Shown here: positions 27,280 through 40,600 of the stretch, one piece after another | Layout: each line of letters starts with the position of its first letter | Position numbering within the stretch: position 1 is the stretch's first letter | Source: Balanoglossus misakiensis | Taxonomy: Eukaryota > Animalia > Hemichordata | Assembly (NCBI GenBank): GCA_040954595.2 | Contig: CM082597.2 | Span: 7,646,343 to 7,710,342 of the forward strand | Length of the DNA stretch: 64,000 nt | Reading direction: 5' to 3' | Notes under the pieces: generated by a model | Seen by the model: the letters and a program-made list of their open reading frames with translations, nothing else | Databases searched by the model: none | What the model was told of the DNA's origin: nothing | Translations under genes and position numbers: made by a program

Positions 27280-29227
27280 TTAAAGCTGCAAGCAGCATGG
27301 AAGGGGCCCAAGCATAGAGTGAATAACCATTAGACTCCATTCAGGGTTGTACCATTCAAATGCATAGGCTGTATTTGCTCTGGATGTGGAGATGTGGGGA
27401 AGTAGGCAACCACCCGAAATGGATGTCCTACAAGTACAAACACAACAACCAAAGGTGAACTTCTACGTTGTAAGTACTTCAGTAAGTACTTCAAAGGTCA
27501 GCTGAGGGTACCCAAAAATTGGGCGAAGAATTAGGATTCTTATTTGGTTCATATTCAAGACAACGGAAAATCCTCGCCCTTTTGGGTTTGTCAAATTAGA
27601 TATGGCCACAATAATGAGTTACGCAAGTAAGTTACAGGTGGCCCCAGGAATTTAGCATTTCATGACGGTCCTACCCTACCCCTCCAAACACCTGACTATA
27701 TATGATGTGCATGCTAACATATGTAAAGCAGGTCAATGGACACCTGAGGTCACCCCAAAATTTGACAAAAAAATTTCATTCCTGTTTATGTCATGTGCAA
27801 CAAATCCTACATTTGCAGCCCTTTTACTTTGCCTACCATTAGGTATGCACGTAATATATGAATCAAGCAGGTGTCAAAGGTATCCCCCTGTATTTGGCAT
27901 TTCATGATAGTTTCATCCCTCCAAATACCAAAGCTGCACCTGTACAACGTTAACGGGCTGAGATATGGCACTGTACGACAGAGGTCATCCAAATCACCTT
28001 ATACATTTGGGCAAAAACCAACTGACACTTACATTCGTCCCTGTGGAACAAAAACCACACATATCGCCCCCTTGGTTAGTGTCCAATTAAATGTACAAAA
28101 TCAATGACTTAGGCAGGTGCAACAGGTGACCCCGCCTTTGGTATATCATTATGGTCCCATCTGTATACCCCCCCCCCCCCACGCCAAAGCTGCATGCATC
28201 TGCTGTCATTCACTAAGCAAAAGTAGGTGAAATGTCACATAAGGTCGCCCACAACTTGACAGGAAAATCGGACTTCATATTGATCCATGTGCAACAAATA
28301 CCACGCTAGCATCCCTTTCATTGACCCCACAATTACGCATGCACATAAGTGAGTTACGCAGGTGTCACAGGTGACCCCCGAATCGGCCGTATTATTTTGG
28401 TCCCATACAGCTGCATGAAGCTGCGTGCCATTACGGGCGACCTGATAACCCCCAAGGCCACCTGCGGGCCGAACCCCATACTGAACGCCCAGTTGCAACG
28501 TCACGACTGAAGTAGGAACTTTTGAACGGCAACGGAGCCTGATCTCTGATTATTGCTAGTATCATTGGTCTGCTGACGTATATTTCGGCCGATTTCCCGA
28601 ACTACTATCCAGTACAGTGTAGCCGGGTCTGCGTAGACACATATAACGGCAACAGCTAACAAACTCAGCGTAATTCAATAAAACGCCCTAACACAGCCTG
28701 AACTCCGATAATGTGTTGTCCCAAAATTCATTCTGTGGAAAATAATCATTGGTCTGTTTACGTATTTCAGCCAATTTTCCAAGGACTACTGCAACCCGCC
28801 AGAAGTGAGTACCCTGCTATTGAGACTTCCACAACATTACGTCATGACCGATGCCCCAGTGTTCATCCTCAGCCCACCAAAAAATGCGAAAAATATTGCA
28901 AAAACTTCTTCTCAAAATCGACGTGGCCTAGGACCTTGAAATTTGGCACAGGGGATTTTGGCCACATGGTATACAAAAATCGCGAAAAGAATGTACATGT
29001 CCCCATTAACGTGCAAATTAGGTCAATTTGAAAATTTCGCTTGATTATAGCCACCAAGTCACGTGACTAATTACAAATTCAAAGGGCAGGTGCACCAGTA
29101 CTCATGGGCCCCAACCACCGTGCCAAGTTTCATAGGCGTAGGTCCAGGGATTTTTGAGAAAAAAGGGAGCAAAAAGACGACTCAGGAAGAAAGAAGAAAA
29201 ACTCCAGCAATAACAGAAGGGGCCCAA
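27280..29227 (+). mobile_element. Helentron/HINE-like non-autonomous element (copy 3), 3' hairpin truncated
   Basis: Colinear with 23032-25111 over ~1.95 kb (duplicate ORF pairs 23415/27662, 23624/27871, 24553/28711, 24912/29063). Ends at GGGGCCCAA, lacking the second hairpin arm. Confidence 0.8.
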
Positions 29228-29709
29228 TATGAAATTAGTTTTCATTTCATTTGGCTTTATTTCCTAGATAAACAGTTTTCCTAGATAAACAGGTTTGACT
29301 GTATACTGTCAGTCACCAATTTCTATTCGCTTCTTATCTCCGCTAGTACAGCCGTTTTCAACTGGTTGTGGTGTTGAATCCACCCACAAGTTGAGGTCAA
29401 AAGTTCTGGAAGTAACACAATGGACAATTCTTTACACAAAGATAACAGTTGCAAACTTTGACAGAAAATGAAAGAGTTGGCCTATATTGCAGGTTACTGT
29501 GTGAGTCAGTGGCTGATTGTATGATAACAATTCATTCTACACTTTATGTGGAATAAATATGTTGTATTGTTTCTTAGGGGAGATTAACCATTTGATTTCT
29601 GGGGGTGGGGATTTGGTATGCCAGCAAATTTGTTTTGGCCACAGTTAGAACAATTACATTGTATTAGGACCCATGCACAGGTGCCTGATGATGTCGATCT
29701 GCTGTAGTA

Positions 29710-29874
29710 CAGTCGAACCTGTCTATAGTGGCCAGTTAAGGGACTCTCCTGAACTGGCCTTTATAGACAGATGATGGCCTCTATATACAGGTCAATTAAT
29801 GCATATGTAAATTGCACAGGGACTGTAACAAAGTGGCCACTATATAGAGGTAGCCACTAATACAGGTTTGACTG
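29710..29874. mobile_element. Tc1/mariner (pogo-like) MITE, 165 bp
   Basis: TA-CAGTCGAACCTGT ... ACAGGTTTGACTG-TA: TIRs starting CAGT with a TA target duplication. Confidence 0.8.
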
Positions 29875-30041
29875 TATACTGTAAACATAGTATACTACAG
29901 CTATGGCAGTTTGACATCGACAGACACCTGTTGCCCAGCCACACACAAACGCGAGCGCGTCAAATTGCTAACTTGTGTTGGAATTGAAGTAAATTTGTGA
30001 TTTTAATGAGTACTAGTGCTTTTGTATTGTGTTTGTTACAG

Positions 30042-30168
30042 GGATAGTAATCAGGTGGATGATACTTTGGAGAAGCAAGCTGATATGATTAGATACCTGC
30101 AACACCACAATGCCCACTTGGGAAGAAGAATTATTAAGTTAACAGCTTCACAACAAAATAGAACATAG
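30042..30168 (+). CDS. TMEM192: Last coding exon of TMEM192-like gene
   Basis: tgtttgttacag|G GAT AGT... encodes DSNQVDDTLEKQADMIRYLQHHNAHLGRRIIKLTASQQNRT*, matching the conserved TMEM192 C-terminus (recalled human [30 protein letters not shown]). Too short to appear in the ORF track. Confidence 0.8.
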
Positions 30169-32449
30169 AGAGAGACTTTCACCCCATTTATAGTATATGG
30201 GTTAAACCATATCATTGAAAACAATGGGCTGAACCATACTGTCAGGGGTGGAAAGGTCAGAATGAAGTCTCGCGCTGTCATTGATGGCTGGAAAATAAAC
30301 CACATATGGCTGATATCAGTTGTTTGCCAAGTCACTTCGTATGTTAGCATGCTTTGGTGTTGTTTCCAATGTGGTTTCATCTGGATGGCCTGTACAGTGT
30401 CTGCAAATGCTTGTCAAGTCACACGGTTCAACCATAATCTCTAACCAATGTTGTTTCTACTACCAGCATGTCCAGTTACAGTGGTAATTACTGTTGCAAT
30501 CCATTTTGACTTGATATCATAACTCGATCAGTGTCTTTTCACTTTGTGCTCATCAAATGTCTAGAATGTTTTCACGCTATCTATGTACATTTTCCCATTG
30601 AACACTCAATGTATTACAATATTCTTGGAAGCTATTTAAAAGTTATATGGTATTGTATAAATCTTTTCAACAGACAAATTTGATATTTGGATATTTTTGC
30701 TAGTTTTGCTCTATGATACAGGTAGCACAGTCTGACTGATGCATGATGGGTAGTTATGACAGATTTTTATACCTGTACTCTAACGCATATTTGGATAGCA
30801 TTATTTCCTCCAAGCCTACCTGAAAATCTTTCTGAACGTTGTCTTCATAGGAAACTCACTTAGTGTTTGGATGCCACAAAACAAATCTTCAAAGCAGAGA
30901 TGTTGTCTCAGCTCAGATAATTCATAACAGTTGCTACAATTGAAACTAAATTGATATGTTTTCTTGTAATTACTGGAATCAACATATTCTGATCATATAA
31001 GGGACAGCCTTTATTGATAATATTAAACACACCCAGACATAAACAGACTGTTATGTCTTGCTATTATGTGTAATGAATAGCTAACTGGCATCTGAACTTG
31101 TGTCAATGGAAATGACATTGCAACAGAAGTAAAACACCTTTGTCCCTTGAGGGTCAGTAGACACAGTAGTTGTAAATGTTCATTTTCTAAATTCCAGAGT
31201 ACATTTTTCTATATATCAAGATTTTTTTCCAGATGTGTCATGGTTTTCATGTCAACAATAAAACACCGAAAAACTAAGACATACGGCTTTAGAATGTCTA
31301 TAGTCTCAAACTTGTTAGCGAAGATTTGGTAAAAGTAGTTTTCATGTGCAACAAGTTGATTTCTTACAATCACAAATTTACACAGAAATGGCAAAGTAGC
31401 AGCGATCACGCGTTTTGTTTTTTTCCAAACCGCAGCAACATTGCACTGAAACAATCTGTGAAAATGAAATATATTCAATTGATTATATTTATGTTATGTT
31501 TGCTGACTCGGTGTGATCAGGTAACGTTTTGTATAACTCGTTTAATGAGAAACTTCAACTTGAACACGGACACAACAACTAGTACGTTCTGCTAAAACAA
31601 GATGGCAGCCATGAACAACGCGGGAAAAACATGACCTTACAATGTCATATGAACTCTGCTAGAGGGCGCTCTATCAAAGTATTGCATGTGGTATGCTGCA
31701 GGTATGCTGTAGTGAGATTACAGGCAATGATAGTGGCATATCATAACAATTTATTTCTGAGAATAGAAGTTACAAATTACATTCCATGCCAAACAAACCC
31801 TATGTTTAATGGCTTGATGTGTCTGTAGTGAAGAATAGAGCAGTGAATATGAGACTTCTGATTGGCTGATGGTAACACACCCATGTGACTAAATCTCCAC
31901 AGAATCTTGAAGTTCAAAGTAGTTTTTATCAGGACACTAGATCATGCACATAGTTTGAAACTGCGCTTTGTCCAAAACGTGCAGCCAACAAAAGAATATG
32001 GGACAAAACATAATGACCAGATTGATCGACCACAGTCTTGTAATGTCCGCCTGGCATTTTGCTCAGATGTGTTGACCTTCTGGCCAGTGGGGGCGCTGTT
32101 CACCTCAGTGTGACCAAGCATGTGGGAAGATGAACACTACACTTGATAGTTGTTGAAAATTGATGGTAGCCAATTCATCAATATTGATTACAAACTATAT
32201 ACAATCGACCAATTTGGATCTTTATGGAAACAACAAATGAAGTTGGAGTCACTTTTATAAATCATGAACGTATTTTGCAAAATTATTTCTTATTAACTAC
32301 AGTTTGCCTTAAACAAATTCTTCTCTCAAAGCTTTTTGGCTGTCAAGAAAAAAAAAATTATATGAAAAAGTTTATACCACTGGTAATATTCTAACCAATG
32401 TATTTGTATTCAAATACTACGGAGGCTTAATGAGGCCACAGGAGTAATT

Positions 32450-32910
32450 TTTTTTATTTCATACCTGTAATTATTTTTTCATGCCTGTAATAAAAATTTC
32501 ATACCTGTAATAAAAATTTCGTGCCTGTAATAAAAATTTCATGCCTGTAATTTTTTTTTCATGCCTGTAATAAAAATTTCATGCCTGTAATTTTTTTTTT
32601 TACCTTCGTGACCTTTGAACCTACAAGATCTGCTCAGCTCAGCTGAGTTCAAGTGTGATATTGCGGTCAAAATTAAGCATAAACCTTTGATATCAACATT
32701 CAGGAAGGGAGTAGAAAATACAAACAGAGGTGTCATAACTTGAGCAGGTTCCAGCGACACAGAGTAAGCTGAGCCAGTCACTCTACATGCGATCGTAAGT
32801 TGTAAGTTCAAAGGTCATGAAACTAAAAAAAAAAATTACAGGCATGAAACACTTCACGTCATCAGATCATGCCTGTCATTTTTTTTTTTACTTTAATGAC
32901 CTTTGAACCT
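32450..32910. repeat. Minisatellite of ~20-bp TTTCATGCCTGTAATAAAAA (about 7 units) with inverted copy; probably a MITE remnant
   Basis: Tandem units at 32450-32600; the reverse complement AAAAAATTACAGGCATGAAA lies at ~32830-32850; GACCTTTGAAC/GTTCAAAGGTC arms are present. Confidence 0.7.
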
Positions 32911-33109
32911 TATACATCATCTTGTGACCCTTGGCTCAGCTCAGTGAGCAACAGGCCAAATTTAGCATCAACCCATACAAGGCAGTCAGTAGAGAATGCA
33001 GAAAAAGTCGAACCAGCTATATACCGCTTGCTATGAACTGTTTTGACAGCACTATAGTCATTTGTGGTGAATGAGCAGGCCCCCGGCGATACATCGTACC
33101 TTGCAGCTT

Positions 33110-33560
33110 AGGGACCGTTCAGCTTTTACGGCTGGGGGGGGGGTTGTAAGTTTAGGTTATCTGTTTTCGAAAACAGGCAGACCCCCCTTCACCCTGGACC
33201 AAAAAATGACAACTCCCCTTTGACAGACGACAAAATATGATGACCCCCCCCCGAAAACATGACACAACTACTTGTGGAGGAAAACGGTTTTCTTTCCAAG
33301 AGCCTGCTCGCCGTCCTGATCTTATGTTTACTGTATGTAAAAAAGGGGAAAGAGGCTCCCCACACCTGAATTATAAATACCATTAAGAAATTTATAATTG
33401 GGGTGTATACCGAGCCCATGAATTTTGGCTTTCCTGGAGCCCGCACCTATAAGGGACCGTTCAGTTTTTATGGCCGGGGGGGGGGGGCGGCAAAAAAAGG
33501 GGGGTCATCTGTTTTTTTAAACGTTTAGGGGGGGTCACATACTTTTGCCACCGAACTTTT
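33110..33560. mobile_element. G/C-run MITE fragments (AGGGACCGTTCAG...GGGGGG), related copy at 44220-44480
   Basis: AGGGACCGTTCAG occurs at 33110 and 33453. 33140-33380 aligns loosely with 44250-44480 (GACCAAAAAATGA, ATGATGACCCCCCC, AAAGGGGAAAG..GCTCC, ATTATAAAT). Confidence 0.5.
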
Positions 33561-34691
33561 GATTTTGAGTCCTCAAAATTGCAGTTTATTTTACAGACTC
33601 TATAGTATACGAATGTTTCTCATCATCAAAGGAAGACACGACAAGACTATCAAATAACTATTCCTTGATGAGGTTTGTTACAAAGCTTTAGAAAAGTTTG
33701 CATTCTCTACACAGTGGCAGACGATCAATTTTTAAATGTAGATATCTGGGAAAACTTATGTGAAGAAGGCGTTAAAGGCAAGACATTAAACATATATATC
33801 GAATGTGCATTCAACAGAAAAATGTGTTTCGAGACAATATGCTGAATTTCCCTTAACTGGGTTCGGCAAATGTTTTATACATAATGTCCGCTGGTTATGA
33901 CACTTTGATGATTAATACCACTTTTGTTTAATTTATCCAATAACCGGGAGCGACAAGTTTCGTATTCATTGGTTCCTTTTCATTTTATGACAGTCATTAA
34001 TACATAAATAGTAAAGTCACGCATTAACTGGTGAGTACTTAATGAAATAGGGTGGAAAATCTCATACAAGATTCATCGCGAGATGCCGAACCATCAATTA
34101 AACATTAAACATTTTGAATGCCTCTTCCTTACACGTGGATAAATGCATTTATCATGAGTATGCCTTTGTCTAAGTTCCATGTATAATGGCATATTGAAAG
34201 TATGCACACGGCAGGACTATATAGAGGTGGTCAAATATGCAGTAATGTGAACATGTATGATTTCAACTTTTTGCTGACGTATCAAGAATGCTGTAACTGT
34301 TATCCTCGCGAACACGTTCTATTTTATATTACAGTCGCCAGTGAACCATTCACATTTCTCAATAACACATCAGTTAAATGAATTAATGTTCAAAGCGTTG
34401 TAAGTATAAGGTGTCTACAGCGATTACTGTACAGTGTCAATAATGATCATTATATGTTATCTATGATATTATTATTATTATCCTGATGCAAGGCCTGTGG
34501 TGAACTGACTCGACAAAGCGTGTAGGGGTTGGGGCAATTGACGCAACACTGGTTGGTCCGAACAACCCCAGGCGGTAGCTGCTATTACGCACAAATAAAG
34601 GAACACGGCGTAGCATCTCCATTTAGCCCCTAATCTCTTTCTGAGATGTTGGTTCATAAAATGCTCGCAGATTAGCCGCAATCTCGCAACC

Positions 34692-37600
34692 ATGGCTTGC
34701 CGGAGAAGCTGTAAGATGTTACAAGAATGTCGTGAAATACCTTTGAAGTTAACGCTCGTCGCTGCATTCGTGATGTTGTCGATGACATTACTGCAGCAAG
34801 CAGGTAAGACACTAATTTTGTGTTTGGCGTGTTCAGAAAGTTTGAAGTTCCTCAAAACAGAATCTCATGAATTTTATCATAGTTTCATGTATGATTGTAA
34901 TAAAAATAACGATTTGATATCCAGATTGCAACAGCGTTTACGGGTGGACGGATCACGCTACAGCTTACACTTTTTGTGAGCGGTTAGGTCTTCGCCTTGT
35001 TAAAGTGGACAGCGAAGAAAAACATGTAGCTATAGTAAACACTTTAGAGAAACGAGGCATCGCAGGCAAGTGGTACTGGATAGACGGACAGTTAATTGAC
35101 AACGGAAACGCAGTCACAAGAGACGGGGACATTTTGACCTACATGTACAAGACGCAGGTTGAAAGGAAATTAGGAAAGTGCGCCACACTGAAGTGAGTTG
35201 AGCGTTCGGACAATATATTTAAATATGAAAAATAATGTTTTTGTGTTGTCATTTTAATATTGCTTAACTTATATCAGTCACAGGGAATCATGTGCAGAGG
35301 CATGCGGTCTTTAAAATATATCAGTAGGGACAGAATTGAATTACATTTTCATGATATCCAGATGTTACAACTGGGAATGTATTCAGAAGAACATTATTGG
35401 CAATTATTGCACACCCACATACCTCGAGATTATGGAAAATTTCAATCTGCAACTTTGAGATATGTCCAGTTTCGTCTCATCGTTACCTTTGAACACCAAA
35501 ATGTGGTGCAATATTTTACCACATTTGTCTATTTTTTTCTAAATTTTAGATCAAGTTCACCCAATTCTCAATTATCTCCGGGTTTTAATCAAATTGAGGG
35601 GAAAATGTAGAAAACGTTTCTATATAGTTTGAGAGATGCACGGGTTGACTGGCGTGGTGAAACGTTAATATACTTTCATAACTTTTAATTCACAGAAATG
35701 AACAGTGGGACTATCTTGACTGTTTGAAAAGCCATCTCATTTTATGTGAAAACGCAAGTAAGTTACGGTTTATTGAAGTTCTTTGCAAATTAGTTTTATG
35801 TTTGTTTTTGTTTTTTGCATTCTACAACATGTTTATATCCCTGGACAAACTAGACCTATACTGGTCATTTTTCTCTGTTTGTGGGAGATACAAAAACACG
35901 ACATAACCAGATATGGAGAAAAATAGGCAATTGATCTTGACATTTATTGCAATGGTAACAATATCTGTACTTTTTTCTTAGAGTACATGCATTCAATTCA
36001 GTAGTATATCACTAATTTGAAAAATTAACTTTGCAGTTTGACTGTTGATGACTGCACTGTATACTGTGTCTCTGAAAAAAAGTTTTATATTATGAATAAG
36101 TGTGAAAACAATTCATCTGGCGAGTTTCATCACATTTAGTGCACTATTTTTAGAAATAGAGCACTAATCAGAACAGTAATTAAATATGCAAATTTGCATT
36201 GTATTGATTAGAAGGTGGCATAGTGTTTTTAAATATGGTATAATTTATGTAGAAACAGTTTGACTATTTTAATTAAACTTGGTGCAGGAACTCGGGATTC
36301 AAGGGTTTAATTGCACTAATTAATTAAATATGCAAATTATCCATCAATTAACATGACACTGCTAAATGTCTTACAGTGCAGTGAGATCCCTGTCGTATCA
36401 ACATTTCTAGCGTGTTTCATCAAATTCGGTACATTTATTTCAGATTCATTAAATAGGCAAATGTGTAGTATATTGATTAAAATTTGTAAATTATTACTCA
36501 ATGCAGTTTAATAGATGTGAAAACAATATCTGGGGAGATTCATCTGTGCCATCATGTGAACTAGTACAGTGGAAGATCTTAAAGCGGGTAGCTCGTCTCA
36601 CGCCCATGCGCGTAACTTCCCAGCCAATTTTCCGTTCGATGCATTCAAATAGTGGACGGCCTTCGCTTCCTTCCATATTTCATGTGCACTATATCCCGGC
36701 ATTACATGGCCTCCACCACAGCCCTGCAAGGCGCCATAGAAAACAATGGTGCTTCTGCCGTCCGGAACCGGACCGCAGCTTTTTCGGTCGAAATTCGATT
36801 TTATCGAAGCAAAATCCTTTCCCTGTCTACTTCTGCCTCCTAACCGACTCCAAATATGATGCGTTTAACTTGTCCTAACGTCCGAATCACTCGCGTTTGA
36901 TTTATTTTTGTGTGTTTACATGTTGAGATCGCCATATTAAATATAAGGCTTACAGCGAGTTTATCTCCATGGGTAAACATAAAAGTTTTAGAAAGCGACC
37001 GGTTCGGACGTTAGGACAAGTTAATCGCATCATATTTGGAGTCGGTTAGGGGGCAGAAGTAGACAGGGAAAGGATTTTGCTTCGATAAAATCAAATTTCC
37101 GCCGAAAAAGCTGCGGTCCGGATCCGGACCGCGCAAGCACCAGTTTTTTTCTATGGCGCCTTGCAGGTCTGTGGTGGAGGCCGTGTAACGCCGGGAACAC
37201 ACAGACCTGTACGTAGAGCTAGGTTGGAACATGTGTGTGAGACGAGCTACGCGCTTTAAGTGTAACATCCAAAAGAAGTCGACTACCTCCCGATTGTTAA
37301 TTGTGCGTTACCGGCGTTACACGACGGTGAACAAACAGACCTGTACGCAGGGATAGGAACTCACATTCATGTACGCAGACACAACGCAACACTGCATGAA
37401 CTGAACGAAGTAATTGCTCCAGCGAAGCAAGAGTCTCGACCGTATGTGATGTTCATATACAAGTGAATGTCAAGTTCGCATTGCTTTTACGGCCACCCGG
37501 GCCAGCTGAAAGTTCGTTTCAGGAGTTTGACAACATCGGAGGCGGGCAAGTGACAGGCGCGCATCGGGAAACGGATTACCGGTAGGCATATGTCTCATGA

Positions 37601-40600
37601 CACGCGAGGGGGGGGGGGGATTTTCGATATTACCTACAATAGCCCTACATGTTCATACATTTCGACATTATGTTGTGGTTAAGTTTTTAAATAAAATTTA
37701 CGCGTAACCACGGAAACACGTTGTAAAAGGCAAGACAAATTCTGATACTGAGGAACATTGCGATCTTACTGGTTAACTTGTAGGGCTTCCTAGCCCCGCG
37801 TGCAGGTATGTGTGTTCCCGGCGTTACACCGCCGCCACGACGGGAACACGTAGGGCTATAAGGCTTCCAAGCAGGCTGGATTTTCGGCTAGAGACCCAAC
37901 TCCTAAAAGGTTGGATTTTCCGAATTTTGCGCTTAGTATTATTTCACTTTCCTCCGCAAAATGATTATTCGTGCAACGGACGATTTGGAACGTGTTTTGC
38001 TTTACAAGGGATTTGACGGGAAAGAACGAGCGTTGTTTTCTAATCGGCAGCATCTTTCGACTTAACTACCACACTGAATGGTATGGTGGCTACATACCAG
38101 CTATGTGAGAAGTTTGGGATGCGTCTTCTAACTGATACCACTGAATGGAAAATCGACCAGTACTGCGTGTCATTTTTTTGCGGTCTACGGAAGCCAGAAT
38201 TATGGATTGATGCCACCGTCACAGCAGATGGCTCTGTGAAGACAAGCAGCGGTGTGATATTGGAACACACGCGTTTTGCTCCCAACCAGAATCTTGACGT
38301 CGGATCATGTATTTACGTAAAGTGAGTCGGTTCAAACCATTGTCCACAGTGCCAGACAAAAGATATAGTTTGTCATTGCTTTCATGGCGTTAACTGTTAT
38401 AGCGTTGGAACTTTCATAGGTGATTGCATAGGAGAAATGATGGCAGTTGAATGATTTGAATAAGTGTGTATTGTTTCGTTTTCGTATCCCAAAGGTTACA
38501 ATATGCTGCTGAAAATCAATATCTTTGCATTATTTCTGGTATTTTGGCAAGTTTAAGAACTATGTTTTGGTAACTAATTTTACCTGCTATATCGTCTGAA
38601 TTGCAAAGCACAATTTGAGCACGATGCTTTACAGCTAACGCTGATTGCAATATCATTCCAACATGGGCCTTACAAAACAATAGACAGTGGATGTAAGAAA
38701 TTTATGGGAACCATGTCCATACCAAATTTGACTTAAATATTCAACAATTTTGGAAAAAATAGCCAGGGTATGGCTGCACGTTTAATGATTTTTGTTCGAT
38801 AATGCCAACTGTGCAGGTTGGTCATAAGGCCATTCTATAGAGATCATTCTACACACCGTATAGTGATCATTATATATATTTTCTATGATGATCATTAAAG
38901 ACACTGTACAGTAATCATTGTGCACATTGTAAACTTCAATAAGCATTGAACAGTGAATCTTTATACAGGTGTAACTCACGTAAATGTAAATGGTTCACTG
39001 GCGACTGTGATAACCCAATGAGTCTGGTTTGCGAGGCTAACGGTAAGTATTTTGAGACATCAGCGATAAATCTCGTTTATAAATTTCCCTTTCCTGCATA
39101 GTTGACCACCTTTGTAGTTTTGTGGCGTGTATACATTCAACATATGCCATGATACGTGGAAAGTCGACAAATGCATACGCATGGTAACTACATTTATCTG
39201 CGTTGGAAGGAAGTCACATTGGAAATGCCTGTATGTGTAATGGACCATCTCTTGTTGCTTTCGGGAAATGAATAATTGAAACAAAAGTTGTATTGTTCCG
39301 CCACAAGACGGTTAAATGATGGTCCTGCAGTGTATAGGAAGAGAAGGAACAATGACTGAAATTATTGCAGCGCCTAAACTTCAGTGTGGACATGAACATT
39401 CCGTTGGGTTATATAGGTTTAAAACTAAGTGAAACTCTAGATAATAGTCAAGTTGTTTGAAGACCAAATTCGTCTGCTTGCCTTTGCATGTGTCAACTTA
39501 GTGCCGTGTACATATAATGGAGTCGAATTATAATATCCGAATGTTTCATGGACAATATTTGCATGACTCGAGCGTTTGATGTCGCGACGACTTTTGTATG
39601 AGATTATTTTTACCAATTTCATTAGTATACACAGATAAAGGAATGCATGACATTATTTATGATTGTCTTGACATGAAAGAAGGTTGTTGACAACGGAGTA
39701 AAGATGTCCCCTGAAAATGTTACATATTCATGTACTATTTTTAAGTCACGAATGCCTTCTCAATTTTAGATATACAACACATAATATTTTGGCACCTCTC
39801 ACATCATCTGTCTGTTACATTTGCAACATTCAGATGATGACTTACTTCTGATGCGGGAGAGCTTGGTCAAGATAAGTGACGATGAATTCAGAACAGCAGA
39901 TGTTGTAAGAAAGGTTCCAATCATTTGAGACTGACGCAATGCACTGTATTGTATAAAGCCCCAAGTTAGCGAAATCCACTGAAGAGACAGAACATTTTTT
40001 GACAACTAATACTACATTCTAAAATAATTTCACATAATGCTATAAACCACATACTATGTAATTGTCTTTACACGTTTATTAAAGGTCCTTATGGGATATG
40101 ACTATTTTGTGACAACTAAAGCTATATACTAAATGATTCCATATAAAGCTATAAAGCCACATACTAAATAATTTTCTTTTCTTTTTCCAGGGTATTAGTG
40201 TAATTGACATGTTGGACAATTTAACATCTGACCTTTCAAATAAAAGTGTCATATTTAAAGGAAGAATTTTATTTGCAAAAGGTAATCTTTATTTTGTTGT
40301 TTTAACCAAGATGATTCTGTGACATCAGTTTCCATCACAACACCGTCCGCATTCAGTATCTACATCCAATGATGTAAATACAATATTCATATCAGATGCA
40401 GAAACATGGACCCTTGCAATTATTAAGAGTATCGAAAATGTGTCAACTACAGTTCGTTTGTTTCCACAAATCATGCAAATTATCGGTAACCGTCGAATGT
40501 CTTACATGTAGCTAAGAGAAACTTCGAGCATTGGACGTATCCAACTGTTGAATGATACGCTGAATTAGAAGTGGAAAGATAGGTCTCCATTATCTCTTCA

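Noticed and set aside
23082-29284. Pairs of duplicated short ORFs (MTVLPYPSK..., MCCPKIHSV..., MTNYKFKGQ...)
   Set aside because: They lie within non-coding Helentron-like copies, and frames are not conserved across indels.
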